This document shows, one piece after another, positions 48,494 through 61,528 of a stretch of 64,000 bases of DNA. Source of the stretch: Selaginella moellendorffii (Eukaryota > Plantae > Lycopodiophyta); contig NW_003314271.1 in assembly GCF_000143415.4 (NCBI RefSeq), positions 2,278,499 through 2,342,498 on the forward strand. The letters run 5' to 3'. Each line of letters opens with the position of its first letter. Positions within the stretch are counted from its first letter, which is position 1. The notes beneath the pieces were generated by a model that worked only from the letters and a program-made list of their open reading frames with translations, did no database searches and had not been told where the DNA came from. The position numbers and the translations under genes are program-made.

Positions 48494-49000
48494 AATCCAC
48501 CTCTTTTGCCCAGCTGAATTTCGCCACCGCCCAGCACGAGTTGTGCTAGCCTGCACGCACGAAAAGAAAACGAAAAATGAACACGAGTACTTTTGGTAGA
48601 GCAAGTTCACACGAACCTGAAATGCTGTTGACAGATTTTGCCCTTGTAAACTCTGTATGGATCAGTAGGAAATATGATCCAGCAGATAATCTTGTTCTTG
48701 TTGTGACCTTCGACCGCCGCGTTCAACATCTCAAATCACCCACAACAATTTGCACCGACCTGGCTGGTGACATTCTTTTAGAGACTTCAACTACGTGGTT
48801 CCAAGACATGATGGCGTCTTATGTAGTTGAGTGTCAGTGGTCTAAAGTCTGAATCATCATTCCGTACTAAAGCCTTCACAAAAAAGTTTTTCACAGAAGT
48901 TCAAGTTAAAACAGAATACCTCAAACATTTGCCCATTAGAGGAAATACTGAGAGGAGAAGAGACTTTACCTTAAATTTGGCGTTGAAGGAGAGGAGAGGA
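48494..49000 (-). pseudogene. Inverted second copy of the HCF173-like fragment
   Basis: Reverse-complement match to about 45190-45620 (aatccacctcttttgc; tgctagcctgcacgcac; ggatcag(t/c)aggaaa(a)tatgatccagcagataatcttgtt). Confidence 0.85.
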
Positions 49001-49139
49001 CAGGACAGGAAAAGGACGTGATGAGCGACGCAGTTCAGAGCCACGATCAGTCCAAAACAACACCCCCGGTCCTTCCTCTCCCCTTTCAGCCCCCCCGAGG
49101 GAGAGACGGATCTTGTCCAAGGTCCTGGAGATGGAAGGT

Positions 49140-49315
49140 GTTGTTTTGGAACAATTGTCATGGAACTGTGTGGCCTTATGGAGCGATGAAAGGGCCACTG
49201 AGCAAGAAGGAAGTGCTGAGATTGTCAAGAAGCTGGCCGAAACACTGAAAGTGACTGAAAGCCGTTCACTCGACTCGAGTGGTGTTGTTCATCGTGATCT
49301 CAAGCTGGAGAAGGC
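49140..49315 (+). pseudogene. CDPK/CAMK-type protein kinase fragment
   Basis: IVMELCG and AEIVKKLAETLK...GVVHRDLKLE in different frames. Confidence 0.6.
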
Positions 49316-50174
49316 TCGATTCAAGCGCCGTCAAGAGAGACGAGCCAGTGATGGGTGGCGATCCAAGAGAGATACAGGGAGATGTCACAGTACTGTGGGT
49401 GCGATGTGTGACAAAATTATACTTAGTGGGGATCTTAGCTCTTACGGAGACGGGATCATCTCTGTCGGTGGATGTTGGGGCTTCTTTGCTGCGCGAGGGG
49501 AGTCCCAGCGGCCAATGGATCTGTCGCAAAAAGTGAAAAATATGAATGCAGATTGAAACATTCTATTGTTAACTTACTGCTAGAATGCGACTATAAAATC
49601 AATATTAGCAAGGTTTAATCACACTAACAAGTTTGCCCAATCAAGGTGTTTAAAAACTATTTTGTTTCTTTTATTTTTATTTTTCATGTGTTTCAGTTCA
49701 TTGGACTGAATGGAGAAAGTCATCTTCCTACAAAGTTCTTTTAGATTGTTTGTCTTGTTTTTCTTTCGATACTGTGCTGGATCTTCAATACAAAAGGTCC
49801 TCTACTGGAAGAGAAGATGAAGGTAGGATCAGTTTTGTTGTTCTTATTTCTAAGGTCTTGGTGTCGAAAATATGAACGAAAGGACTGGAAATTCTATCGA
49901 ATTACTATCAAATTTCTCTTCTCGAGAGCACATTCTACGCAGGCTTAGCTGCCAGTTGCGCCTTTGATCAAATGATCAACGTTCATAGCAATTGTATGGA
50001 CATTCAGCTACGAAACAAACTCCAGCAGCACGAAAAAATTTCGCCGGACCTTCGTCTTTTACACCCGTCCAGGCTGATCATCCATTCCTGGATCTCCGCA
50101 ACTAGAAAAGGTTTTAAAGCCTAGCATTGCAATGCATTAAATGACGAGCGAAAAGAAGGAAGAGCACACGAACC

Positions 50175-52518
50175 TTAAGCATTTACATCCAATGCTTGAA
50201 ACCTTTTATCGGCTGCCTCGAACCATGCCTTTCTTGCAGACCCATCGAACAGGACGAAATGTATCTATGCAAAACAAGACGTCTCCACATATGGCTCAAA
50301 GATAAAACACAAGCAAACGTACTTCTTCAAAGTCGGCAGCGTTTGCATGCACGGCATCCAAGGCAATCGCGGCACCCTCGTCCACAGGGCACCTAAGCAG
50401 AGAAAATACGAGCAGTTTCCAAAGGAAAGAAAAACGAAAGGCCAGAGACTAACAAACTTACCCGTAGATTCCACACGAGATGGCAGGAAATGCGATGAAC
50501 TTGACGCCTTTCTCCCTCGCAAGCTCGAGTGAGTTGCTGCGAGGAGGAAGATTAGAAACAAGGAAACAAACCAGAAACTAGAGACATGTACTGGTATGCA
50601 TCTCGTAGCAGAGCAGCTGCCTTTACTCTGGATGATTTGAAATACATTGGCCCAACCGTGTGGATGATCCGCGCAACCGGCAGCTCAAAGCCTCTGCGAC
50701 CAAAGAACAAAAGATTTGTCTAAGAAAAAGAATCTACACACGAACACTTACGGTGTTTCCACGGCATGTCCGACTGGGCAGCGCACTCCCGGCTCCACTA
50801 GTGGCAATTCCCGGCAGGCTTCGCGAAGTTCCTGCCCAGCCGCGTCATGAATAGCTGCAAAAACGCAATGCACGTAAGTGAGATCTCGCGAAAGCTCCGG
50901 AACAAGTTATTCAAATCTAGCCAAATCCGAGTCTATGAGTTTTGATCACACCAACAAACACAAAGTTCCAAGGTTGGGAGAAATTCGCAATGCAAGAAGA
51001 CCACACAAAGGAGAAGAGAAAAAAGTTCTCAAGAAAACAATGTAATAGCCATCCAGGAAAAAGAAAGAAAAAAAAAAAACCACGATATCGATCCAATCGG
51101 GGCCTGCATTTCTCAAAGGAAAAAATGTAACAGCCATCCAAGGGAAAAAAAAAAAAAAAAAAAAACCATTCCCGCGATATCAATCCAACCAGCATGCATC
51201 CAAGAAGAAAACGAGGCAAACGATGCGATCGATCCAAAATGCCCTGGAAAAATCCCAAAGCCAACCAAGCAAGAATGCTCCCAGAAAACCCCCAATCACG
51301 CGAGAAGAAGAACAAGAACCTAGATGATCAAGGATCGCGTTGCTTACCTCCATCCACGCCGCCGCCGCCGAGCATCCGCTCGTTAGCCGCATTGACGATC
51401 GCATCGCTGTGCCCATCCTTGCACCAGATCGTGATATCGCCGCCCTGAAGAACCAGCTTGCAAGATTCCGTGAGCTTGTACGCCGCCGCCGCCGCCGCCT
51501 CATCTCTGGGACGAGGGATCTTCTTGCACGAAATAAACCGATCGAACAGCGCGAACGCCTTCTTCTTCCTGCCCGCCATAGCTTCTTCTTCCTCCTCCTC
51601 CTCTCTCCTCCTTTTCGAGAAAAAAGAAGAGGGTTTTGCCTCCAGCCAAGATTGGCTCTCTCTCGAATCGGGGAGAGAGATCGCCCGCGATCGCACATTC
51701 CATGTCAGGTAGGGAGAAGATCCCGGATAACCGCTGCTGGCATCTCCTCCTTGCGAGGCCTCCAATCTCGCCACGAAATTTCTAGCTCCAGAGCCACCGC
51801 TGAAAGGATTCATGATGTTCGATCGCAAGGACGCGTCACGACTCCACGATCTTGGCTTCGCCGGGCCCGATTCCAGCTGCTCTTCCACTCGGATTTCCTT
51901 CTTCTTCCCTGGATTTCCATCGGCGACGGCATCTGGCCGCGCCTCCCGATCGCTGGCGCTGCTCTTTGTCGGCCGCCAATCTTTGTCTAGAATCTCCCAG
52001 CGCTGGCGCCAGTGCTGCTCGTCCCTGTCGATCTTGCCATTCCCGCCCGAGAACCCTCGATCGCGCGGCAACTTGCCGGAGAAGACCCTATCCCTCGTCG
52101 CGGCATTTGCGTGCCCCGACAGCGGCATTTCTCTCTCTCGCGGCATCGCCTCGATTTCGTCCTCCGACGACGATGGATCAGGGAGGAGATCGAGAATGAC
52201 GGGATCCATCCGGAGCTCCTCGTCTTCTTCGTCGCTCGATTGACCATCGCTAGTACCTGGATTACCTTCTTCCTCTTCGTCTCCTTCTTTTTCCTCTTCC
52301 TCCTCTTCTTCTTCTTCGCTTCCTTGTTCTTCGCCTTCTTCTCCCTCCTCCTCTTCTTCGTCTTCTTCCTCTTCTTCGCTGCCTTGTTCTTGCGCTTCTT
52401 TCTCTTCCTCCCTAGCGATTTCTACCCCGCGATCATGGCCGCCAGCCTCATCGCGCAGAAAGTAGGCCGCGGCGACTAGAAAAGCGTGCTCCTTTCGTCC
52501 GATCACCTCGTCCGCCAT
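50175..52518 (-). CDS. Macro-domain (Appr-1''-p/ADP-ribose hydrolase, MacroD-type) protein; start at 51579, or 52518 if the acidic extension is coding
   Basis: GDIT...DAIVNAANERMLGGGGVDG|AIHDAAGQEL...|IIHTVGP...|IAFPAISCGIYG|...IHFVLF...ALDVNA* (TAA 50175-50177). Confidence 0.88.
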
Positions 52519-53490
52519 GGAATGACCACCTAGGGCATTTCTTAACAATGGACAGCCTACGTTATAATTTGTAAGGCTTCTTAGGGTAAACCCATTATAA
52601 AGTAATCTACGTATCTTTAGATTTTTGTGACTAATCACTTCCATTTCGCAGGCTTGGACAAACGTCCCCCTGGCTGGGGCTGGTGTTTTAAGAGTCTTCA
52701 AAGAGATGGAATCAGAGTTATCCATATTGAAAACTGCAGTGTGACAAGCTTTTTGTTCTTAGAAGAACTTCTCAGTAGACGTCAATGGAATAAAAATAAG
52801 TCAATGAAAAGTCAATAAAAATCAAAGAAAGCCTATACCCCATAAACTCATGAAGGATCAAACTCATAATCAAATAGAGCAAAGGATTCTGAGATCCCGA
52901 GAATTTCACTGTTGGAAAATAAAAGTGGGAAGCAAGGGAGTGAGGATTAAGCTAGGCCTCATGCCACTCTTTGGGGATTCAATATTTAACAATGTTTTTT
53001 GGAGTGCGCTTTAGAGTAGAGAGTATTTTGTTGCTTACAAGCATCTTGAGTGTTGGCTTAATTGAAGTGCATTTATGGATGTAGGTTCTTTTATTTGAAT
53101 AATAAGTGTGTTTCTATTGATGTTCCAAGTACTTTGGAGTGTGATCTGGAGGCATTTGCAATGTGCTGTGAGGCTGAGTGACATGTGCACACTTGTTTTG
53201 CAGGCTGCCACTAGCAAGAAGAGAGCAACCAAGTTGTATTAGTGAGAGATCAAGAAAACATTGCCAAGCTAATGTGTTGGATATTGCATGCTATATGGCT
53301 TGAGTGACAAGTTTGTTCATCACACCTTCTTCACATGCAAATGATTTCTCTAACACCAAGGGAGAATTAGCTTCTGGAGTGCAAGTTTCTTTTGTTGATC
53401 TCTAAACTAATACTATTATGACATCTTCTTGAAGAGTTGAATGTAGGGAGATGGCCAAAGGTGGATCTTGTTTAGGACCAAGTGAACCCT

Positions 53491-56340
53491 CTACAAAGCA
53501 TGAGAAGCAATGTGAGCAAGAATATTGGCCGGACCAGCCTTCTCTGCATCAATCTCTGGAACCTGGATGATGGACTGATCCACGATATCACCAGAGTGCA
53601 AACACGCTTTAAGCTTGCTCACATGGAACGTTGGATGAATCTTCGAACTAACTAGCAAGTCCAAAGTGTATGCAAGATCCCCTACACGCTGTAAAATTGT
53701 CCAAGGTCCACAATACCGTGGAGACAACTTAGCACTGCCACCTCCTTTTAGAGACCGTTGTGCATCCGACAGCTTAAGGAAAACCTTGTCACCAACTTTG
53801 TACTCTTGATGACGACGATGCTCATCAGCCAATCTTTTGTCTCGTTCTTGAGCTTGCCTCATGTTCAATTTTGCCAACTCAAGCTTGTCTTGCATATCCT
53901 CCAGGAAATCACAAGCATGAGGAACCCGAACCAAAGCCAAATTCAAACTCACAGGAGACCTAGGCTCATAACCATACATCGCCATAAAAGGAGACATGCC
54001 AATAGCCGATTGATGAGCGCTATTGTGAGCAAACTGAAGCAAAGGCAAGTATTTTTCCCATACTCCCTGTCGAGTCAAGTTTCCCACAAAAGACCGTAGC
54101 ATATCTTCTAATAGCTGATTCATGCGCTCTGTCTGCCCATCAGATTGTGGATGCTCACCACTACTCATGCTCAGTTTAGTCTCTAGTTTTTCAAAGACCG
54201 TTTGCCAAAACTTGGACGTGAACTTAGGATCCCGATCACTCACAATGTCACCCGGCAAACCATAGAGACTGAATAACCGGTCTACAAACAACTGAGCAAG
54301 TTCAGAAGCTTTTATCGTTGTCTTCACAGGGAAGAAGTGAGCCATCTTCATCAAACGATCCACAACAACCCAAATAGCATCATTTCCTCGAAAGGTTTTG
54401 GGCAAACCAGTGATAAAGTCCATCGAGATGCTATCCCACTTATTCTCGGGTACACGTAAAGGATGATAGAGGCCAGCGAGCTTCTGATGATCAACTTTGA
54501 CCGCCTGGCAGGTCAAACAACCACGTACGTGCTTCTCAACATCTGACTTCATCCCAGGCCAAAAGAAATGCCTCTTCACCAACATATACGTTCTCAATAC
54601 CCCCGGATGCCCAGCACTTGGAACATCATGACACTCAACCAAAATCCGTTTGATGAGTTTGTCAACACAAGGAACCACAACACGTCCCTTCTTCACCAGG
54701 ATTCCATCTCGTATTTCGAATGACGCAAACTTGTCACCCTTTAAATCTGTAGAGGCGTCCCTCAACAAAACCTTCGCGCGAATACCAGTGATAAAGGAGT
54801 CGAAGTCAGCAAACTCCTTAAGCTCATCCAAGAGATCGTTGGATAGCTTCACGAACGAGATAGAATTTACCATCCTGAATAACACATCAGCCACCTTATT
54901 GTCACCTCCATGCTTGTACCGGATCTTAATAGACATTTCCTGCAGGAATTCTTGCCAACGAGCAAGGCGGCCTCGAAGATCCACATCTGGAGAGACTGAT
55001 GATCTGAAACTACATGGAAGTCCGATCCATATAGATAATGTCGCCATTCTTGAGTAGGTCAATTCTGCTGTGTGATATCAAACTTGTGGCTCATGAAGGC
55101 GAGAGACTGCCTAACTTGAAGCAATACGGCCTCAAAAGCACTATCACTCACATCATTGCCTATAATTTCCACCACAGTCACCTTATTATTCATTGACCCC
55201 TTCAGAACAATCCTTGCTCTGATGTCCAGCTCTATGGCAACGAAAACAATTGCCCTCCGCCTTGTCTTTCTCTCGCTGGTCCAAACGAAGTTTCTTAGCT
55301 TCACTGCCATCTTCATGCTTCGAGCCACAACGGATTAACGACCGTTTCTTCCCCAAATATGAAGAATTAGCAAGCTGGTCATCACGTTGACTACTTCGTG
55401 GACTATCTCGTTGACCAGAGTTGACCGAGTTGACTGACGTTTCGGGCGAAAAGATCTGAGCCTTAGTGATAGCATCAGTCAACGTTGCTGGAAAATCCTT
55501 TTTGACCTTTTGCTGCACATCCACCGAGCTCAATCCTTTGATAAAACATTGCACCTTTAGCAGCTCATTATAGGTGCCCGTGAGACTAAGGCAAAGATCA
55601 CGGAACTTGCGGGCATACGCATCCAAAGACAAAGTCCCCTGCCGGATCTCTAACAACTGATTCACGAGATCAACCTCTTCAAACTTCTTGACAAACGAAG
55701 CGCGGAAAACCTTTGTCAAATCAGTCCAAGACGTCGGCGTCGGATTAGCTTTGATGTAGTTCTTCCACCACGAAGAAGCATGGCCCGTAAGCTTCGTCAC
55801 AAAGAAATCTATCTTCACCTTATCCTCACAAGGATTGTGAGACCAACAACTTTCCCACAATTCCAACCAAGAATCAACCTCTTGACTATCACAAACATCC
55901 GGTGATGATTTCCATTCCACGATACCATAATCCTTGGCATGCTTGACGTACCAATGGTAATCACGGACATGAGATTGATTCAACCCTTGAGGGTTCATGC
56001 GAAGCAAGAAATCCTTGATGAGATTGACGGAATCCTTAACCTCCTTTATGTCGCTTTGAACTGCAGAAATCTGGCGTCCTTGCTGCACAACAACATCATC
56101 AAGAGTCTCTTCTGCATCGTTATGGCTATCCTCACTAATGCCATACTCCTCATCAGGATCAATATCTTGCTCTCCCGCCATCCCCAAAAGAACGTGCTGC
56201 TCCGATACCAATGAAACGAACAAGAGAGCGAACCCTAGGCCCACCTCCCAACCCTTAAGGCGTTACGGCCTTAAATCCCACAGGCCATAGAATATTCTTG
56301 GAATATTCCCGTGGTTCGTGTCAGTTAGGTTGACCTTTCT
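53491..56340 (-). mobile_element. Ty3/gypsy LTR retrotransposon, internally deleted: PBS, gag, RNase H remnant, integrase
   Basis: LTR end ...TTTCA then PBS TGGTATCGGAGC (56210-56199, tRNA-iMet type); gag from 56181 with CFRCHRAGHQSKDC; integrase HHCC, SMDFITGLP, IVSDRD, GQTER, and GPW in place of GPY. Confidence 0.93.
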
Positions 56341-56943
56341 GAGGAGTGTGCCTAATAAAAACCATGCTTGGAGTTTGAGAGCAAGCAGAACAAACCTAAG
56401 ATTAAGAAAAGGGGATGGAGCAAGCTTTCCCTAAGCAGGAGATTCTGTAGGAGGATCACAACTAGCACAGGCCTAAGCCTGGATGGTAAGGTAGCAGTGA
56501 CCAATCTTTTAGAGGTGATTTCATGTCTTTATACCAAAGAAGACCTTTTGGATGTGGACATGGAGGATTTTCATTATTCTTTAGAAGAGCTTGAGGTTGC
56601 CATGGCACTTTCAGCACACATAAGGTTCCTTTTAGCTGTGCCACTAAATCTCGATAGAATGGTGCCTCTCATACAAAATCTATGAGTGTCAGTGGATTCC
56701 CACAATTTGGCCGAGAATCTTTGCAATCCTTGCCACAGAGTAATCCAACAAGTTGAGGAAGTGAGGAAGAGCAAGGTGGCTATTGTCCAATATTAACACA
56801 TGGTGGTTTTGGAGTTGCTAGAAGTACCACACAAACCAATGTTGATATGGAAGAAGAGAAGATGCTTTTGGGGTATCCCGAGGCAATAATAGAAGAACCA
56901 ATGCCATGGTCAAGTCAACAGAAGACTATATAGATATCTATTT

Positions 56944-57350
56944 TAGACTCTATCATGGGTCCATTTCGGACTCCATCTCAAGTCCATCTTAGACTTCATC
57001 TTGGGTCCATCTCAGACTCCATCTTAGGTCCATCGCAAACTCCATCTCAAACTCTATCTCAGGTTTATCTCGGACTCCACTTCGAGTCCATCTCGGACTC
57101 CATCTCAAACTCCATCTCGGGTTCATCTCAAATTCCTCCACATATTATGTATTAGTCCTCTTATGTCTCTTTTCTAGAGACTCACTTATTGCTTGCTTTG
57201 TGTTTATTCTTCGAGCACTTCGTTGAAAGTTCCACTCCCACTCTCGACTTTCCGAATTGGAGCTTTTAATCCAAACGTGTTACTCTTGTTTGACTTCCAC
57301 TTTGGCCACTACCACATGGCACCCTTTCGACTCCACTTTTGGGGCTCTAG
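56944..57350. repeat. 12-bp minisatellite and flank, homologous to 13736-14340
   Basis: gactccatct repeats followed by gagcacttcgtt...cactcccactc. Confidence 0.85.
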
Positions 57351-57989
57351 GATTTATATCTCATATATTGCAATTGTGCTCAAAACTTTTGTTGATCCTA
57401 CCTTGCTCCTAATAAGCATTTGCAAAGGATACAAAGTCGGACTAAGGGTGTAGAAGTTGTGATTGATTTCTTGGTGGTTGAGTTGTCAGGGCACCTTAGG
57501 AGAATGACTACCTCATCCTTAGTTGCACTTGGTATGAGGTAGTGGATTGTGAAACATGTTAACACTTACAATTTCATACGGCAAGACATGAGCACTCTCC
57601 TCAAAAACAAAGGCATACTCTTTCTAGACAGCCCAAAGTTGTGAAAATGGTGTAGACTCAAGTTGGAAATGATTTCCTAGTCATTAATCTAGAGCTGCTT
57701 CATAATGAGAATTTACTTGAGTTAGAGGTTTTGGAGGTGGCTAGTGTCTACCTTTTGAGGCCCAACAATTTCTAGAGTAGTGCCTAGCATCAATTTAGGA
57801 AGATCAAGAGTGTTAACATACTAGAAGATCTTCCCTTAATGGTTGTATGCTTTTGCAATAAAGATTGAGCCCAAGAGTCAATACCAAACTCTCCTAGCAC
57901 AACTTTCAATGCAAAGGGCTAGGAGCTCTAGCTAAGCTTGGTAGAGGACAATATTGTGGATCCTTTCCCTTTATTTGGAGAAGTTTCCA

Positions 57990-58370
57990 TTCCTCCATTT
58001 GTGGCTTATATTGATGGAGTTTGGTGCTTGTAATATTGATAAGGTGGTGTTAGTGTATGGATCATTGATGATCAGGATAAGTAGGTTGCCAAGCTCTCCA
58101 TGCATTTGCCAGCTTTATCTGTAAATGAGGTTGAGTACGTGGCTGTGATCAATGCCATGGAATTAGTAAAAGAACTAAAGCTCCACCATGTCTAATTCAC
58201 AAGAGATTTGCAACTAATGACTTGCCAACTCAATAGTGAATACCAAGTTTGTCAAGGGCGCCTCAAAGACTTGTGGTAGTAAGCAATGTCAATGCCACAA
58301 AATTTTAGAGATGCCATTTTCATTAGCATTCCTTGTAAAGATAATTTTTGGGCTAATTGTCTGTCACATG
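57990..58370 (+). mobile_element. Decayed RNase HI-type domain, probably the additional RNase H of a Tat-like gypsy element
   Basis: FVAYIDG...SVNEVEYVAVINAMEL...RDLQLMTCQLNSEYQV...IPCKDNFWAN, with stops. Confidence 0.65.
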
Positions 58371-58620
58371 ATGCAATCACAGCCATGGGGAAGCCAAGAG
58401 CTTGGAATCCCAATGTGTGGCCTCCCTATAGAAGACTTTAGTTGAGATCCCAGCCAAGATGGAGACCGAGGTAGAGCTATATCTTTGTTGCTAGTAGGTT
58501 TTTTTATCCAGAGAAAAAGAATTAGTCTTTACTCTCAATGAGGAACATGTGACACAACTTATTAGCTTGCTTTAGAGTTTCATTGATGTGTTTGCATAGG
58601 ATTACATCCAACTTCTAGGG

Positions 58621-58720
58621 NNNNNNNNNNNNNNNNNNNNNNNNNNNNNNNNNNNNNNNNNNNNNNNNNNNNNNNNNNNNNNNNNNNNNNNNNNNNNNNN
58701 NNNNNNNNNNNNNNNNNNNN
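58621..58720. other. Assembly gap (100 N)
   Basis: Run of N. Confidence 1.
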
Positions 58721-61528
58721 TGGGGAGGGCGCTGACCGACTCACTTGCTCGAGGTTGAGATGGCGGTACCCAGTACTACCGCCTTTGTCTACCACGAGCG
58801 ACGTGTTCGGACATGAGTCCCTCTCGTGGACGTGCCGTGCGTTTTGACCGAGTGCTGGACATGCGTAAGCAGCCTCCTCTCAGCATGCCTAAAGCTATTG
58901 CACTAGTGCGTGCTGGCGAGCCTATCCCGTCCACCAACCATTTGAGTGATCATTTAGTTTGTGCTTGTCTATGAACTTTTATCTCATACCTAGGGTATCA
59001 CGTTCATATTGGACAAGTATATAACTTGATGACAAGAGTTGGTATTTGGGTCTTGTGAAAGCAAGTTGAGGAGTGATTATTAGTTGCTTTGCAACTAGTG
59101 ATTACTTGTAGACTTTGTCTAAAGACTGTTGATACTTGCTTCGCTCGATGATGATTTAGCAGTGATGGGCTTGCTTTACTGGATGGTGTTGCGGAGGATC
59201 GTGTCGTTAGACTTACATAGGTTTTCCATGTTGGCATGTCGAGTCTATCTTTGTTAATATCATTTGGTTGCGTTTAGTTCGTGGTGTTGGATTTCATTGA
59301 GTCTTGGACGTGGTGATTCACTCCTTGAGAAAGTGTTATCCGTGACTGAGTATTGTTGAGAAATTGGTCTTGGATACTGAGTAAAGTATCTCCGACTTTG
59401 GTTAGCTTGGTTGCTAGAGAGTTTTGAGTGGTGATTCACTCTTGCTTTCTGCTAGTTTTGTTCTGTTGTTGATAGCATTGAAGTGATGCCTTGTTGTTGA
59501 CATTATTGAGGTTGAGATTCAAAGTGAAATAAGATGTCTCTCCTTAGGATTGATATTGAGTTTCATTAGTCTTGATGAAAAGTGTTGATGATTTGGTTAT
59601 GGCTTGTGTTATTAGCATTGGTGCATTTGCTAGTTAGCAACTGTATTGACGTTCAAATGCACTGAGTGGCAAGTTGAGTTAGTTGTGTTCTAGACGAGAT
59701 TGTTTAGTAGGGGTTGAGCTTTAGCTTTTCCTTGAAAAGTGATTTAGTCGTGAACTATGCTAACTTCATGAGAGGACGAATTAGTGTTCGATATTAAACT
59801 ATTTGAGTCCTTATTGGATTTTAGTTGGGATATATCAATCATTGATGATTCTTCTTATGCTTGCTATGAAGTGAGTTACGTCTTGCTATAGATGGATTCA
59901 TGGAGGATCGTTTGATAATCACTTGTTGAGCATAGCTTCGTTATGCTTAACTTTTGGATTGATGCAGAAATGCTCTTCATTAGCTTTGCATTATAAAGTT
60001 TGGCTTATGGATATGTTGAGGAGGATATTGTGGGTTGCACCATGATTTCTTCTTTAACATTGAAGTTGGTTCATGCAAGACTTGTGATCATTGTTAGACA
60101 AGATATGGCTATAGGCTTCTTCGAGCTTTTGGTTCTTTGAGGTTTATGCTCATTGTTCCATTTGTTAGAAATTGTTGGGGAAGGCATTTTTTCTCATTAG
60201 CTTCGATGTTGAAGTTGGCTTTACATCTGGCAATCATTGGTGATGATTGACTATCATTTAGGGTAGTTGATTGTCCTTATCACAAGTTTTGCTTGATTAT
60301 TGTTGGTTTGGAATTATTTGCTATTCTTCGGGATGGTAGATTCTTTCTTCAATGATGATTATACATCACTACATTGATGGGTTGATTGACGATCTTTCAT
60401 GATAGTTGGTTGTTCTCTTTGATGGCTTTTGGCTTTTCGCAATACCACATGTTCTTTGTGGTTTGCTCTAGATTGGTTTCTTGGGTTTGAGACGTCAGTA
60501 GGATGTTGTTGACACTTGCTTAGGCAACTTGAGTTCCTTGGTATTGTTGGCTGGGATCTATTCAGATTGGCTTTTGTGATAGTTGTCAAGAATGAGTGTT
60601 TTACCACATTCATTCTCTTCTGTTGATTGTTGCTCGAGTTAGTTTTAATAGATTTGGATGTTATTTCCTTTGGGTGATACATTCGTGAGCATTGTGCTTG
60701 TTAGTCAATGATACTTTGTGTTCTTTGAGTTCTCTTTAGTAAGTTGTTGGCTTACTATCTACAATCTTCAGTAGTTAAGTTTTCTTATTGAGTTTACTTG
60801 ATGATATACTTGCTATTGAATTTTGTTGGATGGTGAATTCTATGTTTTCCAAAGATAGTGATCTTGGTGGTTCCTATACTATAATACTAGTTTATCGGAT
60901 GATAACTTACTTGGAATACATTTGTGTTCTAATCTAAGCTTTATTCACTGATAATTAAATCTCTAATATATCATTGTTTATGACTTTGATATAGTCCCTA
61001 TATCTTGATCTTTGAGTTTGGGCCAGTATAGGCAGACTGGCTCCGGCACTTCGTGTGCATATTGAAATCTCTAGTCATGGGGTAGCTACTGTCGACTGGT
61101 CACATCACCCACCTCTCTGTTGATGTTCCTTATTTTGTTGAAAGGGCGTGGCTGTGTAAACAACTCTCACTGCCTGTTTACAGTAGTCTATCTAAACCTT
61201 ACCGACGGGTTTGGTTTCTTTGCTCAGGAGGGTTGGGGCCTCTGGCTTCTCTCTCTATGTCCCTGCGGGCAGGGTGTATCACACTTTTGTAGCTGGGTAA
61301 CACCCAGAGCAGCAAGGGTGGCTAACTTCGTTGGTCATTTCCTTGTCGGCGACGGCCGGAAGGTGTCTTAGTTGGTAGCACATCCGTGTTAGACAAAGAG
61401 GTTGCCCCCTAACTCATTTAAGTTGGTGCATTTCTCACATAGTGTGAGTACCGTGAACTTTTTCTAGAGTTGTTTCCTTGGCGGTATTCTAGACTTGAGT
61501 ATGCATCGACGAGGACGTCGATCTTCCC

